A stretch of DNA of 64,000 bases from Planctomycetota bacterium (GTDB lineage Bacteria > Planctomycetota > PLA2 > JAEUHO01): positions 256,001 through 320,000 of the forward strand of contig CBDCWP010000021.1 in NCBI GenBank assembly GCA_965223505.1. Direction: 5' to 3'. A program made the translations under genes and the position numbers. Shown in pieces: positions 18,690 through 25,844 of the stretch. Within the stretch, counting starts at the first letter, position 1, and every line of letters starts with the position of its first letter. The notes beneath the pieces are model-generated. The model had not been told where the DNA came from and did not search any database. It worked only from the letters and a program-made list of their open reading frames with translations.

Positions 18690-21368
18690 GTGTCCGAGCA
18701 TCGCAATCCCGACGACGCTGACCCGATCGAAACCCAGGAGTGGCTCGAGTCGCTCGACGCCGTGTATCGCATCGCCGGCCCGGACCGCGCCCGGTTCCTG
18801 CTCGGACGCCTGCTCGGCGAAGCGCGCGAACACGGCTTCGTTCCCGACCGACTGCTCTCCTCGGATCACGTGAACACGATTCCGGTGGAGCGTGAGCCCG
18901 CCTACCCGGGCGACGAGGAGCTCGAAGAGCGCATCAACGAGATCATTCGCTGGAACGCGGCCGTCATGGTGAGCCGCGCCAACATGAAGTTCGCCGGATT
19001 GGGCGGACACATCTCGACGTTCGCCTCGTCCGCGGACTTGTACGACGTCGCGTTCAACCACTTCTTCCGCGGAAACGAGGGCGGAGGCTCCGGCGATCAG
19101 ATCTACTTCCAGGGACACGCGTCGCCGGGCATCTACGCGCGCTCGTTCCTCGAAGGACGCCTCGGCGAGGAGCACATGAACCGCTTCCGCCGCGAGGTCG
19201 AGCGGGGCAAGGGCCTGTCTTCGTACCCGCACGCGCGACTGATGCCCGACTACTGGCAGTTCCCGACGGTCTCCATGGGTCTCGGGCCGATCTGCTCGAT
19301 CTACCAGGCGCGCTTCAATCGCTACCTCAACGCCCGCGGCATCGTGAACACCGAAGACTCGCGTGTGTGGTGCTTCGTCGGCGACGGCGAGACGGACGAA
19401 CCCGAGAGCCTCGGCGCGCTCTCGGTCGCCGCGCGGGAGGGCCTGGACAACCTCACGTGGGTGATCAACTGCAACCTGCAGCGGTTGGACGGCCCCGTTC
19501 GCGGCAACGGGCAGATCATCACGGAGCTCGAGACGGTCTTTCGAGGGGCCGGCTGGAACGTGCTGAAGGTCATCTGGGGCAGCGGCTGGGACGACCTTTT
19601 CGCGCGGGACACCGAGGGTCGACTGCGCCGGCGGATGAACGAGGTCGTCGACGGCGAGTTCCAGCGCTATCGCGCCGAGAGCGGCGCGTACATCCGCGAA
19701 CACTTCTTCGGCGCCGATCCGAAGCTGCTCGATCTGGTCGCGCACCTCAGCAACGCCGACATCTGGCGGTTGCGGCGCGGCGGACACGACCACCGCAAGA
19801 TCTACGCCGCCTACAAGACCGCTGTCGAGCACAAGGGTCGTCCGACCGTGATCCTCGCGCACACCGTGAAGGGGTTCCTCCTCGGCGAAGGCTTCGAGTC
19901 CAAGAACGTGACGCATCAGAAGAAGGTCATGTCCACGGACGACTTCAAGCAGTTCCGCGACCGGCTCGAGCTGCCGATCACCGACCAGCAGCTCGCCGAT
20001 CCGCCGTTCTTCAACCCGGGGCCCGACAGCGACGAGGTGCGCTACATGCTCGAGCGCCGCGCGGCGCTCGGGGGGCCGGTGCCGGCGCGGCGCACCCAGC
20101 TCCACGTGAAGCTCGAGGTGCCGGGCGAGGACCTCTACGACGAGTTCCTGGAGGGGACGAAGAACCCGGGCGGGGTGTCGACGACGATGGCCTTCGTGCG
20201 GCTGTTGACGAAGCTGCTGAAGGACAAGAACCTGGGCAAGCGCGTCGTGCCGATCATTCCCGACGAAGCGCGTACGTTCGGCATGGAGCCCTTGTTCCGC
20301 CAGGTAGGCATCTACGCGGCGCAGGGCCAGAAGTACGAGCCCGTCGACCACAGCCAACTGCTCTTCTACAGGGAGTCGGAGGACGGCCAGGTCCTGCAGG
20401 AGGGCATCACCGAGGCCGGGTCGATGTCGAGCTTCATGGCGGCCGGTACGACGTACTCGTCGCACGGCGAGCCGATGCTGCCGTTCTACATCTTCTATTC
20501 GATGTTCGGCTTCCAGCGCGTGGGCGACCTGGCGTGGGCGTTCGGCGACGCGCGCGGGCGGGGATTCCTGATCGGCGCGACGGCGGGGCGTACGACGCTC
20601 AACGGCGAGGGGCTGCAGCACGAGGACGGGCACAGCCACGTGCTCGGGAACACGATCCCCAACCTGGTGAGCTACGACCCGTCGTTCGCGTTCGAGATCG
20701 CGTTGGTCGTCAAGGAAGGCATGCGCCGCATGTACGGCGAAGAGCAGGACGTCTTCTACTACATCACCGTCCACAACGAGAACTACCCGCAGCCGCCGAT
20801 GCCGGAGGGCACGGATCCGGAACACGTGATCGAGGGGCTGTACCTGTTCAAGAAGGCGAAGCGGCGCAACAAGAAGCACGTCGTGTTGCTCGGCAGCGGG
20901 TCCATCATGATGCAGGTGCTCGCTGCGCAGGAGCTGCTCGCGGACAAGTTCAAGGTGTCTGCGGACGTGTGGAGCGCGACGAGCTACCAACAGCTGCGGC
21001 ACAATGCGCTGACCGCGGAGCGCTGGAACCGGCTGCACCCGACGGACGAGCCGAAGACCTGCCACCTGTTCGACGTCATGAAGCAGATCGACGCGCCCGT
21101 GATCGCGGCGAGTGACTACATGAAGTACGTACCCGACCAGATCGCGCGCTGGGTCCCGACGACCTGGGTCCCGCTGGGCACGGACGGGTTCGGCATGAGT
21201 GACACGCGCGAGGCGCTGCGTCGTCACTTCGAGGTGGATGCCGAGTCGATTGCGATCGGCGCGCTGGACGCGCTTGCCCGGGACGGCGCGATCACGGCGG
21301 CCGACGTCGACAAGGGCATCAAGGCGCTCGACTACGATCCCGACAAGCTGCGCCCGACGACGATCTAG
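18690..21368 (+). CDS. aceE: Pyruvate dehydrogenase E1 component, homodimeric type
   Basis: DADPIETQEWLES, GGHIS, QGHASPG, GDGETDEPES, NLQRLDGP, EGITEAG. Confidence 0.96.
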   Translation: MSEHRNPDDADPIETQEWLESLDAVYRIAGPDRARFLLGRLLGEAREHGFVPDRLLSSDHVNTIPVEREPAYPGDEELEERINEIIRWNAAVMVSRANMKFAGLGGHISTFASSADLYDVAFNHFFRGNEGGGSGDQIYFQGHASPGIYARSFLEGRLGEEHMNRFRREVERGKGLSSYPHARLMPDYWQFPTVSMGLGPICSIYQARFNRYLNARGIVNTEDSRVWCFVGDGETDEPESLGALSVAAREGLDNLTWVINCNLQRLDGPVRGNGQIITELETVFRGAGWNVLKVIWGSGWDDLFARDTEGRLRRRMNEVVDGEFQRYRAESGAYIREHFFGADPKLLDLVAHLSNADIWRLRRGGHDHRKIYAAYKTAVEHKGRPTVILAHTVKGFLLGEGFESKNVTHQKKVMSTDDFKQFRDRLELPITDQQLADPPFFNPGPDSDEVRYMLERRAALGGPVPARRTQLHVKLEVPGEDLYDEFLEGTKNPGGVSTTMAFVRLLTKLLKDKNLGKRVVPIIPDEARTFGMEPLFRQVGIYAAQGQKYEPVDHSQLLFYRESEDGQVLQEGITEAGSMSSFMAAGTTYSSHGEPMLPFYIFYSMFGFQRVGDLAWAFGDARGRGFLIGATAGRTTLNGEGLQHEDGHSHVLGNTIPNLVSYDPSFAFEIALVVKEGMRRMYGEEQDVFYYITVHNENYPQPPMPEGTDPEHVIEGLYLFKKAKRRNKKHVVLLGSGSIMMQVLAAQELLADKFKVSADVWSATSYQQLRHNALTAERWNRLHPTDEPKTCHLFDVMKQIDAPVIAASDYMKYVPDQIARWVPTTWVPLGTDGFGMSDTREALRRHFEVDAESIAIGALDALARDGAITAADVDKGIKALDYDPDKLRPTTI

Positions 21369-21395
21369 CTCGACGCTCGGACTCGCGATCGCCCG

Positions 21396-22556
21396 TCAGT
21401 CCAACTTCAACTTCTTGCGCAGCACCGCGACGTACGCGGCGCGCTGCTCTTCCGTCCAGCCGTCGGGCGGATCGGGGAGGCGCTTGCGCGCGGAGCCCTC
21501 CATGAGCGACACCTGGATGCTCTGGACGAGCGACACGGCGGCCCGCGCCTTGCGTTGATCGTCCTCCGCGACGGCGGCGGGCAGGCCGTCGAGCAGAGCG
21601 CGTAGCGCGCGTGTCTTGTCGTCGTCCTTCACGCGCGAAGCGATCGCGCCCAGCGCGTGCGCGACGCTGCGGCTCGTGCCGTTGTAGGGGTTCATCTGCT
21701 TCGAGAACGCGGCGAGCGCGTCGATGCACGCCGCGTCGCCCGACTTGACCATGCACTTGGCCGCCCACCCACGCAGCACGTTCGGATTGCCCGACGGCAC
21801 GTCCTTGCCGGCGCCCGCGAACAGCTTGGCGAGGATCGGCGCCAGGTCGGTTCGTTCGTGCGACTCGAGCGCTTTGAGGACGGCGAAACGAATCGTGTCG
21901 CTGGGCGCTTCGAGGAAGCCCTCCGCGCCGTCCACGAGCTCCTGGGGCGCCTCCTCGGCCATGTACTGCACGCAGCGAATGCGAATCACGATGTCCTCGT
22001 AGGGATTCGCCGCCAGCTGGTTCAGCTTCTTCGGCTTGACCTTCCTCTTGTCGCGCAGCTGTTCTTCGAGCTCGAGCAGGCGCGTGTGCTGCTCTTCGAA
22101 CGCGGCGATCGCCTGCTCGTCGCCCTTGACGTCTCGGCCCTCGAAGCCCTTCTTCAACGCGTCGACGCTGCGCCCCAGGCGCGCCAGGATCCGGTCGTCG
22201 TTGGGGTCGATGAGGAAGAGATGCGGCCAGCTGGTGACCCCGAAGCGGTCGTGCGTGCGCGCGGCTTCGCGGTCGGACTCGTCGTCACGCCAGGTGCGAC
22301 AGACGTAGATCCAGACGACCTTCTCGTAGCTGTCCTTCAGGTCTTCGTGAGGCAGCACCTGCTCCTCGATGGGGACGCAGTGGGGTCAGTGCTTCTTCGT
22401 GAAGTAGGCGAAGATCGGCCGGCCCTTGCTCAGCGCCTCCTTTTTCGCTTCGAGCCAGGTCGGCTTCCACGGCGGCCCGTCGGGAATCGTCTCCCCCGCG
22501 AACGCGGCCGGCGCGATGAAGACTCCGACCAACACGAACGGAAGCGCGCACCTCAT
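21396..22556 (-). CDS. Putative selenoprotein: secreted thioredoxin-like domain (UxxC) fused to a HEAT-like helical domain; in-frame TGA at 22386-22388
   Basis: ATG 22556 gives MRCALPFVLVGVFIAPAAFA...PPWKPTWLEAKKEALSKGRPIFAYFTKKH-TGA-PHC-VPIEEQVL, in frame with the track ORF 21396..22358; cis-Pro motif FGVTSWPHLFLIDP. Confidence 0.8.
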
Positions 22557-22643
22557 CGTGGGATCCTAGCCCATTCCCACTCCAGGAACCTCGCGCTCTT
22601 TCGCGAGTGCGTGCCCTGACCCTCTTCCGCCGGTTCGCCGGCG

Positions 22644-22752
22644 GTAGGCGGACTCGGGGCGACGGCAGGGCGTAGCCATCCTTGCGACGACGCGTGGTAC
22701 CCCACGCGAGGAGCGGATGGCATAGCCCGGACGAGCATCCGAGTTCGCCTAC
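22644..22752. repeat. REPIN-like long imperfect hairpin with GTAG termini
   Basis: GTAGGCGGACTCGG...CCGAGTTCGCCTAC with nested stems GCCATCC/GGATGGC and CGCGTGG/CCACGCG. Confidence 0.6.
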
Positions 22753-22880
22753 AAGAAGATGGCCGGGGGGCCGGCCCAAAACGGGCGGCCCCACCGGCCA
22801 GGGGGAGCTCAGTGGGAGGGAGGGAGGGTAGGGCAGGGAATGAGCTCACCCCTACACGTGGCCTTTTGGCCATCCATACT
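22753..22880 (-). ncRNA. Candidate small RNA with a C-rich (CCCU)n loop and intrinsic terminator
   Basis: Three consecutive hairpins; the last is followed by TCTTCTTG on the minus strand; ECF-like promoter immediately upstream. Confidence 0.5.
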
Positions 22881-22884
22881 CTAT

Positions 22885-22911
22885 GACGGAAACCAGGCAT
22901 CAGTTGTTTCA
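22885..22911 (-). promoter_or_regulatory. ECF sigma-type promoter candidate TGAAAC-N17-CGTC
   Basis: TGAAAC at 22911-22906 and CGTC at 22888-22885 on the minus strand. Confidence 0.45.
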
Positions 22912-22942
22912 ACGATTACCCGGAATGAGCGCCGAATTCAGA

Positions 22943-22970
22943 AGCGCCGGGCGGCGAGCCGCCCGGCGCT
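22943..22970 (-). terminator. Perfect GC-rich inverted repeat downstream of the 22999..23421 gene
   Basis: AGCGCCGGGCGGC-GA-GCCGCCCGGCGCT. Confidence 0.65.
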
Positions 22971-22998
22971 CAGAGTGGCCGCGAATAGGGGTTCGGAC

Positions 22999-23421
22999 CT
23001 ACAAGCGGAAACGGCCGCCGATCGTGACATGGCCCACCGGACGGCGGTGGACGCGGCGGTGAATGACTCGCCGGTGCGGCACCCAGCGGCGGACCGGCAC
23101 ACGGACGGTTTCCACGTCCCAGTGGCCCTCGCTGTAGACGGCATGCCCATGGCTGTCGTAGCCGATGAACTCCGGCGCGTGATAGACGCGCCGCCGCTCG
23201 TAGCGGTACTCCGTCACCCAGTAGCCGCCGGTGTGGCGAACCCGGGTGCGGTGCGCGTGGCGGTGCCCGCCGATCGGAATCGAGACGCCGATGCCGATGT
23301 GGGTACCGCCGAAGGCCACGCCGGATGCACCGGAGCTGAGCGGCGCTGCCTCCGCCGTGCTCGGAAGTGCCAGGGCCAGGCCGGCCACCAGCGCTGCGGG
23401 AAGGATCAGAATGCGAAGCAT
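22999..23421 (-). CDS. Small secreted His/Arg-rich protein (YXWGXW-repeat-like)
   Basis: Signal peptide MLRILILPAALVAGLALA...AEA; GGYW, EGHW and RRWVP units. Confidence 0.7.
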   Translation of the reverse strand: MLRILILPAALVAGLALALPSTAEAAPLSSGASGVAFGGTHIGIGVSIPIGGHRHAHRTRVRHTGGYWVTEYRYERRRVYHAPEFIGYDSHGHAVYSEGHWDVETVRVPVRRWVPHRRVIHRRVHRRPVGHVTIGGRFRL

Positions 23422-23622
23422 GGTCTTGTTCTCCGTTCGGCCCGCCGGATCAGGCCTTGGCGATGCGGGAGACTTCACACGTTCCGTGCCAGACGGCGCG
23501 CCGAGTCCGTAAACCACTGTACAATATGTGGTTAGAGAGAGGGCCTGCCGCAGGACGACGCGCGGCTGTCCCCGCAGGTGGACAGTCGCGGTCGCCGCGT
23601 CGGGCCCCTACGATGAGGGGCC

Positions 23623-24066
23623 GTGTCCGAACCGATCTCCATTCGCGCTCACATGGTCCTCTGTCTGCAGGGGTTTCGCGGGGAGGGGTACTCGATCACG
23701 TTCGTCTCCGAGATGGCCCAGGTGCTGCGGGAACTGACCGAGGATCCGGAGCGGCCGGTGCGCCTGATCACGAGCCCCGACCGCATCTGCCGCGCCTGCA
23801 GCAACTTGCGAAACGGCGGCTGCACCCTCGGAGGACCGGATCACGAGAGCCACATGCACGATCAGGACGCAGAGGTCCTGCGGCGGCTCTCCCTGGACGA
23901 GGGCGGCGTCTACCCCTGGCGCCTCGTCCTCCAGCGGATCGGGGCAAACGTGCGTGGAGCCGACCTCCCGGCGATCTGCACGACCTGCCCTTGGCTCGAG
24001 CTCGGATATTGCACCGAGGCGATGGACCGGCTCGCCAGCGCCCCGGCGGCCCCGGAAACCGACTGA
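23623..24066 (+). CDS. DUF1284-like Cys/His-rich protein
   Basis: IRAHMVLCLQGFRGEGYS..F, PDRICRAC, CTTCPW...C pattern. Confidence 0.75.
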   Translation: MSEPISIRAHMVLCLQGFRGEGYSITFVSEMAQVLRELTEDPERPVRLITSPDRICRACSNLRNGGCTLGGPDHESHMHDQDAEVLRRLSLDEGGVYPWRLVLQRIGANVRGADLPAICTTCPWLELGYCTEAMDRLASAPAAPETD

Positions 24067-24824
24067 TGGCCGGGGAGCGCCCCCCGTCCGCCGACGCCGC
24101 GCCGGAACCGGGGGGAAGCGGGAAGGACGAAGGCCCGGAGGCGTCCAAGAGGCGACCTCCCGACCCGGAACGCCCCATGTCCGCATCCCTCGCCCGATCC
24201 CAGCCTCGTCGTGCGCCCCGGCGGCCAACGCGCCGCCGCGTACGCGGGCCCGACCGCGCCGTCCAGGACCTGTGGACGGCACGACTGCGCGAGGGCGACC
24301 ACGACACGCTGCGCGAGGTGATGCAGGCCTATGGGGAGCGCATCACGGCCGTCGTTGCGGGCATCCTGCGCGACCGGGACGCGGTGGACGACGTCGTCCA
24401 GGAGGCGTTCACCAAGGTCTTCTACCGCATCCACTCGTTCAAGGGGACGTCGAGCCTGTACACGTGGATCTACCGCATCGCGGTCAACGCCACCAAGGAC
24501 TACATCAAGTCCCGCAAGCGCCGTCCCGCGTCGTCGCTCGACGACCTCCCGGCGCCGTTGGCGCTGCCGCAGCAAGGACGACCGATGCTCGAGGGCATCG
24601 AACAACGCGAGCTGCGTCTGCGCGTGCGCGGCGCCATCGATCGCCTCCCTACCAAGTTTCGTTCCGTGCTCGCGCTCCGCGAGATCGAAGGCATGGCGTA
24701 TCACGAGATCGCCGAGGTCATGAGCCTGAGCCTGGGCACGGTGGAAAGCCGGCTCTTCCGAGCACGAAAGCGTCTGCGTTCGCTGCTCGCCCGGGAAGAG
24801 CAACGTGAGAAAGGGACCTCGTGA
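24066..24824 (+). CDS. ECF RNA polymerase sigma factor (start uncertain; 24066 or 24177)
   Basis: DDVVQEAF, TWIYRIAVN (region 2); LREIEGMAYHEIAEVM, GTVESRLFRAR (region 4). Confidence 0.92.
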   Translation: MAGERPPSADAAPEPGGSGKDEGPEASKRRPPDPERPMSASLARSQPRRAPRRPTRRRVRGPDRAVQDLWTARLREGDHDTLREVMQAYGERITAVVAGILRDRDAVDDVVQEAFTKVFYRIHSFKGTSSLYTWIYRIAVNATKDYIKSRKRRPASSLDDLPAPLALPQQGRPMLEGIEQRELRLRVRGAIDRLPTKFRSVLALREIEGMAYHEIAEVMSLSLGTVESRLFRARKRLRSLLAREEQREKGTS

Positions 24825-25291
24825 AGCAACACCACGAACATGGGCTCTCGCATGAAGAGTCGCGCTACCTCGACGGCGAGCTGCCGCCGGAGGACATGCG
24901 CCGATTCGAGCGCGAGCTCGCAGCCGACCCGGACCGGGCCGCGCGCCTGGACGCCTATCGCGACGCGATGGGGCTCTGGAAGCAGGACGTCGAACGCCGC
25001 ACCGCCATGGTCGACGAGGACGCCTTGGCCGATCGCGTCATGGCGTCGATCTCGTCGGGCGAGGCGCTCGAGCTGCTGCGGCCCTTGGCGCCGCGCTGGA
25101 TGACCGCCGCCGCCGTATTGCTCATCGGCGTCGGCGTCATCGGCACCACGGTCGTTCGCTCGCAACGGGCCGGGGCGGCGCAGGCAAGTCAGAAGTTGGA
25201 GAAGCTCAGCTTCATGTCGGAAGCGATGGTCGAGATGATGGCCGCGGATCCGGCATTCCAGCCGAGCACGATGTTGAACGGAGGCCGCTGA
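24821..25291 (+). CDS. Transmembrane anti-sigma factor
   Basis: SRYLDGEL anti-sigma domain start, AAAVLL TM helix; overlaps the sigma stop. Confidence 0.8.
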   Translation: MKQHHEHGLSHEESRYLDGELPPEDMRRFERELAADPDRAARLDAYRDAMGLWKQDVERRTAMVDEDALADRVMASISSGEALELLRPLAPRWMTAAAVLLIGVGVIGTTVVRSQRAGAAQASQKLEKLSFMSEAMVEMMAADPAFQPSTMLNGGR

Positions 25292-25629
25292 TGATGGGCC
25301 CCAGCGTCAGGACGACCGCGATTCTCATGTTGCTGGCAGGCGTCTCGATGGGCGTCTTCGCCGGCACCTTGACGGCGGGCGAGAAACCCTCCGTCGAGCC
25401 CACGCTCAACCAGCGCATCGAGATGCAGGTCAGCGAGTACCGAAAGTTCTACGGGCTCGACGACGTGCAGACGGACCAGGTGCGGATGATCCTGAAGGAC
25501 TATCAGCGCCAGCTCCTGGACGGCATCCGGGACGTCTACCGAGAGAACCAGAGCCGGTTCGACCGGCTGCAGGGCGTGGCCGAGAAGCGCATCCAGGACG
25601 TCGTGAAGAAGAACGGCAAGGCGAACTGA
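25291..25629 (+). CDS. Small periplasmic helical protein (Spy/CpxP/heavy-metal-sensor-like)
   Basis: Signal/TM segment, YGLDDVQ..QVR.IL motif; last gene of the ECF operon. Confidence 0.55.
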   Translation: MMGPSVRTTAILMLLAGVSMGVFAGTLTAGEKPSVEPTLNQRIEMQVSEYRKFYGLDDVQTDQVRMILKDYQRQLLDGIRDVYRENQSRFDRLQGVAEKRIQDVVKKNGKAN

Positions 25630-25844
25630 GCGCGAGCGGGCCTCTCCGCGGTCAACCGGCCGCGGGAGCCGGCCGATGTTCAGTCTGACGTAGGTTTGGC
25701 GGGCAAAAACGGGGGAATCGGTCCTCGGTTGGATCGAGAGCGCTCCTGAACACGCCCCTATAATCCGCGGGAATTCCCCAGGAGCGGGGCCTCACGGCCT
25801 CAAACGGCCATCCGGATCGCTCCTGTCCGGTTGGAGACGAACGC

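Noticed and set aside
21396..22358. Track ORF starting at GTG 22358 as a complete gene, or the locus as a pseudogene
   Set aside because: It starts in the middle of the thioredoxin fold; the single TGA at the CxxC position with intact flanks fits selenocysteine better
22644..22752. SRP RNA, 6S RNA or tRNA identity for the long hairpin
   Set aside because: No SRP domain IV motif, too short for 6S, no cloverleaf or T-loop; Rfam search still needed
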